DNA of 45,390 bases, from positions 1 through 45,390 of the forward strand of contig JACPAJ010000065.1 of assembly GCA_016180865.1 (NCBI GenBank), written 5' to 3'. Origin of the DNA: Deltaproteobacteria bacterium. Lineage in GTDB: Bacteria > UBA10199 > GCA-002796325 > 1-14-0-20-49-13. The notes below the pieces were generated by a model. It made no database searches. It saw only the letters and a program-made list of their open reading frames with translations, and was not told where the DNA came from. Of this stretch, positions 1 to 8,193 are shown piece after piece. Within the stretch, counting starts at the first letter, position 1, and each line of letters opens with the position of its first letter. Both the position numbers and the translations under genes were made by a program.

Positions 1-57
1 GGACAAGAAAAACTTGAATCTGCTGAGGAGTTTGATGAGTGCCGGACACTTATAAGG

Positions 58-1368
58 TTAAAATTTCTCCAGCACATCGGTTAATGTCGGTTTTCCGATT
101 TCTTCCAGATAATATTTTACGCGCATTGCAGGCTTATCAAGCTTGATGACACGGCGGATATCTATCGGGCTTGCGATTAAAATAAGATCGCATGGGGTTG
201 CGCGGATGGTTTCTTCCAGATCTTTCAGCTGATCCTTATAATAACCAAGCGCCGGCAATACCGCCTGCATATGCGGATACTGCTGATAGGCTTTTTTTAT
301 CGAGCCGACAGCGTAAGGCCTTGGATCAATAACATCCGCCGCGCCAAATTCGCATGCCGCGACCTTTCCTGCGCCGAAACCCATTTCGCCGTGAGTAATC
401 GTCGGGCCGTCTTCGATTACGAGGACTTTTTTGCCGCGCACGACTTTTGGATCGTCAACCGTTATCTTTGAAGCGCCGTTAATTACGAGCGCGCCGGGAT
501 TGCATTCGCAGATATTTGCAAGAAGTTTATCGATCTGCTCTTTATTCGCCTGCTCGTATTTATTAATGACAAGAACGTCCGCATCTATAAAATTAACTTC
601 GCCGGGATAATAGCGGCGCTCATGGCCTGCGCGCAATGGATCCAAAACGGTTATATGCAAGGACGGCTTAAAAAACGGGAGGTCATTGTTGCCGCCGTCC
701 CATATAATGACATCCGCCTCGCTCTCCGCCTGCCGCAGGATTTTTTCATAATCAATGCCCGCATAAACGACAAAGCCGCTGTCGATGTATGGCTCATACT
801 CCTCGCGTTCTTCTATTGTGCATTTGTGGATATCCAGGTCCTCATAGCTCGCAAATCGCTGCGATATCTGCTGTGTCAGGTCGCCATAAGGCATGGGATG
901 CCTTACAGCCACGACGCGCCGGCCTTTTTTCTTTAAAATATCGACGACTTTGCGCGATGTCTGGCTCTTTCCGCATCCGGTGCGGACGGCGCAAACCGCA
1001 ATAACGGGTTTAAGCGATTTTATCTCCGTGTGTGCCGGCGAAAGAAGCCTGAAATCTGCTCCTGCGGCTAAAACGATCGAAGCTTTTTGCATTAGGTACT
1101 CATGGCTGACGTCCGAATAGGAAAAAAATACCTGATCGATATGCTCATTTTCGATCAAATCGGCCAAGTTTTTTTCGGAATGTATAGGAATTCCTTTTGG
1201 GTATCTCGGACCCGAAAGTTCCGCCGGATAGCGGCGCCCTTCAATGTTTGGTATTTGGGTCGCCGTGAACGTGACTACCTCGTATTCAGGATTATCACGG
1301 AAAAATACGTTAAAATTATGAAAATCCCTGCCCGCCGCTCCCATTATTAAGACCCGTTTTGTGCTCAT
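58..1368 (-). CDS. P-loop NTPase of the COG2403 / cyclic 2,3-diphosphoglycerate synthetase-like family
   Basis: 436-aa ORF. It has N-terminal VLIMGAAGRDFHNF, a Walker-A-like CAVRTGCGKSQTS, and WDGGNND and VINK motifs. The family was recalled from memory, not searched. Confidence 0.7.
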   Translation of the reverse strand: MSTKRVLIMGAAGRDFHNFNVFFRDNPEYEVVTFTATQIPNIEGRRYPAELSGPRYPKGIPIHSEKNLADLIENEHIDQVFFSYSDVSHEYLMQKASIVLAAGADFRLLSPAHTEIKSLKPVIAVCAVRTGCGKSQTSRKVVDILKKKGRRVVAVRHPMPYGDLTQQISQRFASYEDLDIHKCTIEEREEYEPYIDSGFVVYAGIDYEKILRQAESEADVIIWDGGNNDLPFFKPSLHITVLDPLRAGHERRYYPGEVNFIDADVLVINKYEQANKEQIDKLLANICECNPGALVINGASKITVDDPKVVRGKKVLVIEDGPTITHGEMGFGAGKVAACEFGAADVIDPRPYAVGSIKKAYQQYPHMQAVLPALGYYKDQLKDLEETIRATPCDLILIASPIDIRRVIKLDKPAMRVKYYLEEIGKPTLTDVLEKF

Positions 1369-1433
1369 AATCCCGTTCTTTATCAGAATAGTATTTTTTA
1401 TGCAAGTGTTGCATAAATGGACCTTCTAGCAAT

Positions 1434-1484
1434 TAAGTGTCGGACACTTATTGACGAAAATCGCCGATAAGTGTCCGACACTTA
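1434..1484. promoter_or_regulatory. Two 17-bp perfect palindromes (TAAGTGTC-G/C-GACACTTA), candidate activator (bEBP) binding sites
   Basis: TAAGTGTCGGACACTTA lies at 1434-1450 and TAAGTGTCCGACACTTA at 1468-1484. Their centres are 34 bp apart and sit about 160-205 bp upstream of the sigma-54 promoter at 1641. A degenerate copy (GAGTGCCGGACACTTA) lies at 37-52. Confidence 0.4.
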
Positions 1485-1640
1485 GTTCGGGCGCATGGCA
1501 CATAAAGTGTTCCATCTTTCGAACTTTTGGACAGTAGAATGTTCCAGTTATGGCACTTGGCCAAATCATTAATTCAGTGCAGGCATTAAAATTATTTATA
1601 CTTCAAATAGTTATGAAATGTATTAGCAGGCTGGTTGAGT

Positions 1641-1656
1641 TGGCACTAATTTTGCT
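1641..1656 (+). promoter_or_regulatory. Sigma-54 (-24/-12) promoter
   Basis: TGGCAC-TAATT-TTGCT has the exact GG-N10-GC spacing. The -12 GC is at 1654-1655 and the ATG at 1668, so the transcript would be essentially leaderless. Confidence 0.7.
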
Positions 1657-1667
1657 CGTGTTTTTCC

Positions 1668-1901
1668 ATGATGAATTTAAATGTTACCAAAATTAATAAA
1701 GTCGATATGAAAACGAACCATTTTAGCAAAGTACTTACGCCGACGGAAGTTCTGATTTATAATCTTTGCGATGGCAAGTTAACCAGAGACGAAATCGCGG
1801 ATGAAGTAATTCACGAGATTAAAGATTCTTCCAAAAACCCTCATGAAGAGTTCTGCATGTGCCTCGAGACCCTGAAAAAGAAGGGCCTGATTGTGTATTA
1901 A
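1668..1901 (+). CDS. Small PqqD-family-like (RRE-type peptide-binding) protein
   Basis: 77-aa ORF. LTPTEVLIYNLCDGKLTRDEIADEV resembles the PqqD-family core (xxAxxIWxLCDGxxTxxEI). This is a motif-level call only. Confidence 0.45.
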   Translation: MMNLNVTKINKVDMKTNHFSKVLTPTEVLIYNLCDGKLTRDEIADEVIHEIKDSSKNPHEEFCMCLETLKKKGLIVY

Positions 1902-2046
1902 GCTTCTTTTCGTATAAAATTCCGGAAAAAATCACACTTAAGCGTTCCAATATCCGTACGGCATGCATCTTCCTAGTCCATAGATTATTATAGGACATAA
2001 GCGAAATCACAAATGAATTGGTCTTCTACATAAGATAAGGTTCGTT

Positions 2047-2062
2047 TGGCATACTTCTTGCT
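2047..2062 (+). promoter_or_regulatory. Sigma-54 (-24/-12) promoter
   Basis: TGGCAT-ACTTC-TTGCT with GG at 2048-2049 and GC at 2060-2061 (N10 spacing). It lies 17-23 nt upstream of the GTG 2078 / ATG 2084 start. Confidence 0.7.
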
Positions 2063-2077
2063 TCATATATTGCGCCT

Positions 2078-3361
2078 GTGAAGATGAACCAACGTTTCAA
2101 ATATTACAGGCTTATGGCTTTGGCGTTGCTTATTGTAAGCTCGCCGGCTGTTTCTGCGACGGCCATTTCAGTTGCCATAGTTCCTATCAAAGACAATCTA
2201 TCAGATGATGAATCCGAAAGCTTGACTCACCCGTTCAATAAAGCGCTTTCATTAGAAGGGTTAAATGTTGTTTCACAGGAAAAAGTGGAAGCCGTCTTGA
2301 ACTATCATAAGCGCGATCCTGAAAATGATAAAGTGAGAGAAGCGGAAATTTCAATCGCCAAGGCAAGACAGAGTTATTACGATTTTGAGTATGAACGGGC
2401 AAACGAGCAAATTAAAAAGGCAGTCGAATTGTTGGAGTCAGAGCCACAGCTTATTTCCGATGGTGGAAGAGTTCTTCGCGACGCGTACATTACCGGCGGT
2501 GTCATTATGGCCGCCGAAAAAGATGCCGGCGCATTGGCTGAAGATTATTTTGCCAAAGCGCTTAGAATAGATCCGCAATATGAACTAAGCCGGAAAACGT
2601 TTTCGCCATCTGTTCTTAATGTTTTTAACGCAGCAAAGAATAAAATTCTGAACCATCCGCTTGGCTCGGTTGAAATTTCTTCAGACCCGAAAGTTGCAAA
2701 AGTGTTTGTTAACGGAATTCAAAAGGGCGTTACACCGGCTACTATGCCAGATTTGCCCGAAGGAATTTATAATGTTTCGGTAAGAGCCAATAACTACAAA
2801 AGCGTTGAAAAAGAGATAATAATTAGAGGTCATGAAACATCAAAACTGAATTTTAAACTTCAATGGGCATATTCCCAAGCAAAAGAGGCTGCGGCTCTTT
2901 CCGATGATGCCTACACACAAACGGTTGAAGGCGTAAGGGCGGCTGATCTGCTGAAAGTCGATAAAGTTGTATTGATCGACGCCGATGAAAAGAAAAACGG
3001 CAGCGGAGTAATAACTGTGCGGATGGTTGACCGGGAATTTCGGGCTTCGCATCATCCGGTAATTGTCAATCATTCTGCGGATGAAAAAGCCTATGTAAAC
3101 AATCTGGCCGAAACCGCGGCGATTATAGCGAAACAGGCAGGAATCAATATCTTGGATAATGCCGAAAAACATTTAGATGCAAAGGGAACAGGTGATCCGA
3201 TTATTCTCGGAAAACGGAGTGCCGGATTTTCCAAAAAACCGTTTTTATTGATGGCAGCCTCGGGTGTGCTGGCGGCAACGATAGGCGCTTTGGCTTCGGC
3301 GGGTTCGGGAGGCGCGGAAAATAACTCATCCACAGGGAGCGTTCATGTTCAATTTAAATAG
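2078..3361 (+). CDS. Secreted TPR-like plus PEGA-domain protein with a C-terminal TM segment
   Basis: 427-aa ORF with a signal peptide (LMALALLIVSSPAVSA). It has a TPR-like AKALRIDPQYE and a PEGA domain (VEISSDPKVAKVFVNGIQKGVTPATMPDLPEGIYNVSV). The C-terminal hydrophobic segment is LLMAASGVLAATIGALA. Confidence 0.8.
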   Translation: MKMNQRFKYYRLMALALLIVSSPAVSATAISVAIVPIKDNLSDDESESLTHPFNKALSLEGLNVVSQEKVEAVLNYHKRDPENDKVREAEISIAKARQSYYDFEYERANEQIKKAVELLESEPQLISDGGRVLRDAYITGGVIMAAEKDAGALAEDYFAKALRIDPQYELSRKTFSPSVLNVFNAAKNKILNHPLGSVEISSDPKVAKVFVNGIQKGVTPATMPDLPEGIYNVSVRANNYKSVEKEIIIRGHETSKLNFKLQWAYSQAKEAAALSDDAYTQTVEGVRAADLLKVDKVVLIDADEKKNGSGVITVRMVDREFRASHHPVIVNHSADEKAYVNNLAETAAIIAKQAGINILDNAEKHLDAKGTGDPIILGKRSAGFSKKPFLLMAASGVLAATIGALASAGSGGAENNSSTGSVHVQFK

Positions 3362-4112
3362 ATATCAAGCTGGAATCGCATGTTTATTTGTTTTGTTTGC
3401 ATCATGCGGCGCGGATTTTTCCGATTGGCAGAGCTCCGGAGCAGAAACCGGGGCCGTTAAGGCGATTATTATCGGCTCTCAATCTTTTAATCCGAATATT
3501 TCTCACGGAAAGATTGTTCAATATAAAGTGACGATCAGCGGCAGCGATTTTTCCGAGCCGATAGTTAAAACGTTCGATGGCGCCGAAGAATCCGGAATTA
3601 TTGAAGGTGTTCCTATAGGAGACAATAGAGCATTGAAAGTGGAAGCCATTAATCAGAATAATATAAAAATCCGCGAAGGCGAAGCAGAAGGGCTGGAAAT
3701 AACGGCAGGAGAAGCGGCAGAAACAGAAGTGAAAATGGAGTCTGTTCCCGTCTTCGCCAATTTGAACGATGGAAACATAATTCCAAACACCCAGTTTAAG
3801 GTGAGGATCTTTTCCGATCCAGCCGAGCAGATAGAGGTTGAGGATGAATTTAACGGCATGATCCTTCCATTGGCGGACGCCGATCTTAATTCGGCTGAAA
3901 TTTTCCCCGATATAAGCAGCGGTTTTGCCGATATTAAGCCAGCGCTTCTTCCGCCCGGCGGGCATAATTTTACGGTCAAAAATGTCAATACAGGCCGAAC
4001 GGCGGCAGTTGCAATAAGATTGACGGACGGGACAAAATTAATTTCAGCGCCGTTATATAGCGGCAGCTCAATAAAAGTCGGTCGTATCGGCAAAACTTTG
4101 CTTCGGAAATAA
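3345..4112 (+). CDS. Lipoprotein, function unknown
   Basis: 255-aa ORF with lipobox LFASCG. It overlaps the upstream gene by 17 nt. Confidence 0.7.
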   Translation: MFNLNRYQAGIACLFVLFASCGADFSDWQSSGAETGAVKAIIIGSQSFNPNISHGKIVQYKVTISGSDFSEPIVKTFDGAEESGIIEGVPIGDNRALKVEAINQNNIKIREGEAEGLEITAGEAAETEVKMESVPVFANLNDGNIIPNTQFKVRIFSDPAEQIEVEDEFNGMILPLADADLNSAEIFPDISSGFADIKPALLPPGGHNFTVKNVNTGRTAAVAIRLTDGTKLISAPLYSGSSIKVGRIGKTLLRK

Positions 4113-4124
4113 ACGAGAGGGATT

Positions 4125-5705
4125 ATGAAACTAATAATATATTTTGTGATTTTGGCAGTAGCGTTTTCATCGTGCGGCGGAGGGGGCGGCGATTCGGTTA
4201 ATGAAGAAGATTCCGGTGAAACCGAAAATAATGCAGCCGTTATTGAAAACGCCGATTCAGCGGAACTTTTGATAACGCAGGAAGAAGAGCCGGTAACTAA
4301 TACAGCATCCGATGGAAATCCTTCAACAAACGAAGCAAAACCTGCAGAAACCGCAACAATAACATTAGATGCAGATAAAGACGGAGTGCCGGACGATGCC
4401 GATAATTGCCCATTGGCGGCAAATCTCGATCAAAAAAATTCTGATTTTGAATATTATGAAAAGGGAATAAAGACCCCTGAAGGAAAAAACGTTGAGCCCG
4501 ATTCAAACGGCGATGCCTGTGACGGCGACTTGGACGGTGACGGTGCAAATGTAACATATGTCGGAACTTTCGGTTCAGATGTGAATCCGGGGACGTTTTA
4601 TGAGCCGGCGCTTACGCTGCAAAAAGGGATGAAAATCGCCCTTAAAAATGGAAACGACGTTTATGTTTCGGCCGGCACATATAATGCCGACGGAATAATA
4701 TTCGCATCCGGCATTGATATTTACGGCGGCTTTGCGGATGGCTACGGCGATCGCAAAACCCATTCGGAAAGCAAGCTGTTTAAAACGGCGCTTGTTAACA
4801 GCCTTAGCCCGATAACAATAAATGTCCAAGCTTCAACCGGAACTGTCAAGCTGGACGGATTTTATATTTATAATAATGCTGCAGATGAGGGCGCAGGCGG
4901 AGAGCTGCCCGATACCGATGATTATGGATGCAATCAGGCAACGGTATATTCCAATGGCGGAAATATAATGCTTTCGAATAATGAAATCAGCGGAAGCCCT
5001 CTTAGCATGAGGCCTTGCGGCGTATTAATCGGAGGCGGAACGATTGCTGATTTATCGTCAAATTTTATCGATGCTTCCGGGGATGAAGACGCGGTTGCGG
5101 GCACGGCCGCGGCAATAGTTGAATCTGACGCCGTTCTTTCAAATAATATTCTTGTAGCAGGCTCCGGTAAACACAGCAGGGCCTTAAGGTTGATGGATTC
5201 CGATGCCTTGATATTAAATAATACGATTGACGGGTCTTCGGATTCGGTAAATCCAAAGACCGCTTATGGCATAGAATTTTCGGGAGGCTCGTTTACATTA
5301 ATCAATAATATTGTATATACGGCAGATGCCGACGATCAGACCGCATTGATCTGCATCGGAGATTCGCCGTCGAATTCAAAAATCGAAAATAATATCCTGA
5401 CGACCTTTCCAAACACGGGCATGAATGCTGTGCTGGCGGATTGCGACGGAAATTTTATATGGACATCCGATTTTATTGAATCGAAGGAACTTTATCTTGA
5501 AGGAGCTATCGTAAAGAATAACAGTTCGTTCTCCGGCTTAAGTATTGCCGGTCTGCTGAACGAAGATTATAGTCCGCTGGCGGAAGAGGCCGTTGACACA
5601 GGCAAAAATCTTAATGATTCCATATATGGAAATATCGCAGCGGATTTTTATGGAAATCCAAGGCCGTCGGGCAGCGGATTTGATATGGGAGCAATCGAAA
5701 AATGA
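4125..5705 (+). CDS. Lipoprotein with thrombospondin type-3 Ca-binding repeats and a right-handed parallel beta-helix domain
   Basis: 526-aa ORF with lipobox AFSSCGGGGG. The TSP3-like repeats are DADKDGVPDDADNCP and DSNGDACDGDLDGDG. The periodic beta-helix repeats are NNEISGS, NNILVAGS, LNNTIDGS, INNIVY and ENNILT. The C-terminal end is FDMGAIE. Confidence 0.8.
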   Translation: MKLIIYFVILAVAFSSCGGGGGDSVNEEDSGETENNAAVIENADSAELLITQEEEPVTNTASDGNPSTNEAKPAETATITLDADKDGVPDDADNCPLAANLDQKNSDFEYYEKGIKTPEGKNVEPDSNGDACDGDLDGDGANVTYVGTFGSDVNPGTFYEPALTLQKGMKIALKNGNDVYVSAGTYNADGIIFASGIDIYGGFADGYGDRKTHSESKLFKTALVNSLSPITINVQASTGTVKLDGFYIYNNAADEGAGGELPDTDDYGCNQATVYSNGGNIMLSNNEISGSPLSMRPCGVLIGGGTIADLSSNFIDASGDEDAVAGTAAAIVESDAVLSNNILVAGSGKHSRALRLMDSDALILNNTIDGSSDSVNPKTAYGIEFSGGSFTLINNIVYTADADDQTALICIGDSPSNSKIENNILTTFPNTGMNAVLADCDGNFIWTSDFIESKELYLEGAIVKNNSSFSGLSIAGLLNEDYSPLAEEAVDTGKNLNDSIYGNIAADFYGNPRPSGSGFDMGAIEK

Positions 5706-6145
5706 GGATTCAATTTTTAATTCTTGCCTTAGCCTTCTTATGCAATGCATGCGCCGGACATGCATCTACAAGAGCCCCCTCTCGGGTGTCCCCAAATCCC
5801 TCCTTAGAGAGGGGGCTTCTGCCTCGCGTCTTTTTTCCGTTCGATTCGGATTTTCTGACGCCGGAATCTTCCAAAAGCATAAAGTATAACATCGATTGGA
5901 TGAATGAAAATTCAGCCGCGTACATAATTCTTGAAGGTCACTGCGATGAAGTCGGTCAAAGCGAATATAATATGGAGCTTGGCGATAAAAGGGCAAGGGC
6001 TGTCGAATCTTATATGATAGAGCATGGCATTCCCGAAGAACGAATTATTATGATTGTAAGCTATGGCTCCGAAAGGCCGTTGAATTTGGGCCATGAAATA
6101 AAGGATCTTCGCGAAAACAGAAGAGTTGAATTTATCGTGAGATAA
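5702..6145 (+). CDS. OmpA-family peptidoglycan-associated lipoprotein (Pal-like)
   Basis: 147-aa ORF with the OmpA_C motifs FPFDSDFL, LEGHCDEVGQSEYNMELGDKRA and NRRVEFIV. It has an N-terminal Cys-containing signal (FLCNAC) and an ATGA overlap with the upstream gene. Confidence 0.8.
   Translation: MRIQFLILALAFLCNACAGHASTRAPSRVSPNPSLERGLLPRVFFPFDSDFLTPESSKSIKYNIDWMNENSAAYIILEGHCDEVGQSEYNMELGDKRARAVESYMIEHGIPEERIIMIVSYGSERPLNLGHEIKDLRENRRVEFIVR
5774..5816. repeat. GC-rich hairpin element lying in-frame in the Pal-like linker
   Basis: GCCCCCTCTC (5774-5783) pairs with GAGAGGGGGC (5807-5816) around a 23-nt loop. It is translated as RAPSRVSPNPSLERGLL. Confidence 0.6.
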
Positions 6146-6157
6146 TTCGGAGGTTTT

Positions 6158-7069
6158 ATGATGAAAAAAATAATAATTTTTACTATGTGCGCAATTTTTT
6201 CTAGCATGAGTTTTGCCGGAGAGCCGCCGCAGATTCCGCCGTATTTTAATTATTCAGGCTCTTTAACCGACGATGGAGGCAATCTGCTGCCTGACGGAAC
6301 GAAAAATATACGGTTTAAAATAGTAAATTCGGCAGGAGGTACTATTTTTGAGGAGACGCAGGACGTGGAAATCATTAAGGGCGAAATAAGCGCAATAGTC
6401 GGAAACGGGATAAATCCATCAACCGGCGCTCCCTCCGCGGGAATTCCCGCTGCATCCATTGAACCGGGCGATACGCTTTTTTTCCAAATAGAAATAGACG
6501 GCGAGCAAATATACGATCCTATGGAGATAGTCTCCTCTCCGTATGCGATTTGGGCCGATACAGCTTTAAGGCTGCCGGATGGATCGATTACAGGCGCCAT
6601 GCTCGGCAAAGGCATAATTACAAAGGAACATCTTAATCAGGAGCTGGCAAGCGCCATATTTCCGGATGGCGTTCCAAAAGCGCTGCTTCCAAGCGATACT
6701 GTATATACAAACAGCATTCAAAGCACTTCCGGAGCCGGCAAAGTCGGCGTGACATCCGATTTTATTTATTCAGGCTCTCAAACAGTGCAGGGTGTTCTAA
6801 AAGATTTTGATATAGCCGTTAAAAAAAGGCAGCAGGAATCGGAGTGGATTAAAGAGGATTACGGAGCGCAAATTGGCGCTGAAGCGGCAGCAAGGAAATT
6901 AGATGATGATGGTATTAAAAATCAGATTAGCGTGCAAGTTGGCGCCGAAGCATCGACAAGACAATCAGAAGATAATGAGATAAAAAATCAGCTTGGCGCT
7001 CATGCTATGGCAACGTCCGCGCACGGCATTGTCGGAAATGTTGTCTATATTGATCAATCCGGTAATTAA
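6158..7069 (+). CDS. Secreted tail-fibre-like protein
   Basis: 303-aa ORF with a signal peptide. The N-terminal pattern (YFNYSGSLTDDGGNLLPDGTKNIRFKI...EETQDVEIIKGEI...SSPYAIWADTA...DGSITGAMLGKG) is one I associate with tail-fibre-domain proteins. Two tandem ~20-aa repeats (IGAEAAARKLDDDGIKNQI and VGAEASTRQSEDNEIKNQL) lie near the C-terminus. Confidence 0.65.
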   Translation: MMKKIIIFTMCAIFSSMSFAGEPPQIPPYFNYSGSLTDDGGNLLPDGTKNIRFKIVNSAGGTIFEETQDVEIIKGEISAIVGNGINPSTGAPSAGIPAASIEPGDTLFFQIEIDGEQIYDPMEIVSSPYAIWADTALRLPDGSITGAMLGKGIITKEHLNQELASAIFPDGVPKALLPSDTVYTNSIQSTSGAGKVGVTSDFIYSGSQTVQGVLKDFDIAVKKRQQESEWIKEDYGAQIGAEAAARKLDDDGIKNQISVQVGAEASTRQSEDNEIKNQLGAHAMATSAHGIVGNVVYIDQSGN

Positions 7070-7856
7070 CGGAGCCGTTTCGGGAGAGTTTGACGGGGCT
7101 CTGCCGCCGATCGGATCGATCATCCCGTTTTATGATTTTGACGGTGCGCTGGTATTTGATGCTTCCAGATGGAAATACTGCGACGGGACGAATTATGATT
7201 TTGGCGGCAATTTAGGCGTTAAAATGCTGCCCGATATGTCAGGAAGATATTTAGTCGGCTTTGGAGGAGATGGTGGCGGCAACCTTGGAACGGCAGCATG
7301 GGAGACCGATGCGGTTGGAAATGCAGGCCATGTAATTGACTTGAAACATAACCATGCCAATGCGCTTTCAACTGATGCGCCGACAACATCCATAACCGGC
7401 TCGCATAGTCATATGGTTGATCCGCATTCTCACTCGCATAGCCACACAGTCAACAGCCATAATCATACATTGATGGAGGATGGTGAGCATGCGCATGACG
7501 GGAAGACTAATGGCATGTCTGCGATGGCCACACATAAATCATCTCCATACGAAACTTATGATGATACAAAGGGATGGCAGAAAAATGGCCCGTATTTGGG
7601 TGTTGATACATATGCTTTGCAGGGCCATCACGACCATGATATTAGCAAAGGCGGTTTGCATACTCATACGGTAAAAGAGACAACTGCAAACACTTCAAAA
7701 GACGAGACCCTATCTTCACCCGGCACAAATTCAACCGGAGATCATGCGCATACGGTCAACCACACTCACACAATCACCAACGCTTACGCTTTTTCTTCGG
7801 CGCAATCGATACAGCCGAGAAGCATTCGCGTTCGCTACATCATGAGGGTGAAATAA
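6993..7856 (+). CDS. Phage tail-collar-domain protein (MdpB-like) with a His-rich region
   Basis: Collar-domain pattern: GSIIPFYDF...WKYCDGTNY...LPDMSGRYLVGFGG...SIQPRSIRVRYIMRV. There are many HxH motifs (SHSHMVDPHSHSHSHTVNSHNH, GDHAHTVNHTHT). The true start is uncertain: it could be ATG 7038, TTG 7050, or a fusion with the upstream ORF through a 1-nt frame change near 7060-7070. Confidence 0.7.
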   Translation: MALMLWQRPRTALSEMLSILINPVINGAVSGEFDGALPPIGSIIPFYDFDGALVFDASRWKYCDGTNYDFGGNLGVKMLPDMSGRYLVGFGGDGGGNLGTAAWETDAVGNAGHVIDLKHNHANALSTDAPTTSITGSHSHMVDPHSHSHSHTVNSHNHTLMEDGEHAHDGKTNGMSAMATHKSSPYETYDDTKGWQKNGPYLGVDTYALQGHHDHDISKGGLHTHTVKETTANTSKDETLSSPGTNSTGDHAHTVNHTHTITNAYAFSSAQSIQPRSIRVRYIMRVK

Positions 7857-7857
7857 A

Positions 7858-8193
7858 ATGAAAAAACTAATATTATTAATCTGTCTAATTTGGCCTCTAG
7901 CGTGCAAAGCCGATGTCCTGCCTTTTATCCAAAAAATGTTCAGCGAGCTGCCGGACAATTATGCGATTGTCGTGAAATATGTAACCGGCAAAGAAGAAAC
8001 GATTGAGATTGCAAGCCATAATCTCAATAAAGAGCTTGGGATATTCGAATTTGTGACGAAGGACGATATCTGGAGCTGGATACCGATTTCAAGCATCCAG
8101 CGCCTTGAATTTGACAAAAGGTTTTCAAAAATAATGGCGATAAAAGAAGAGGAAGAGAAGAAAAAAGAATCGCAAACAGTTAAATCACCATGA
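7858..8193 (+). CDS. Small secreted protein or lipoprotein, unknown function
   Basis: 111-aa ORF with a signal peptide carrying Cys (LIWPLACKA) and a Glu/Lys-rich tail. It starts 1 nt after the upstream stop. Confidence 0.6.
   Translation: MKKLILLICLIWPLACKADVLPFIQKMFSELPDNYAIVVKYVTGKEETIEIASHNLNKELGIFEFVTKDDIWSWIPISSIQRLEFDKRFSKIMAIKEEEEKKKESQTVKSP

Noticed and set aside
1495-1566. Additional TGGCA-containing sites as sigma-54 promoters (TGGCACATAAAGTG at 1496, TGGCACTTGGCC at 1551; also TGGCAAACGGCC and TGGCAAGCATAA at about 25012-25046)
   Set aside because: None has GC at the -12 position with GG-N10-GC spacing.
6871-6995. Two tandem ~60-bp repeats in the fibre gene considered as DGR template/variable repeats
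   Set aside because: No reverse transcriptase or accessory gene is in the window, and the copies are adjacent inside one ORF. They are ordinary internal fibre repeats.
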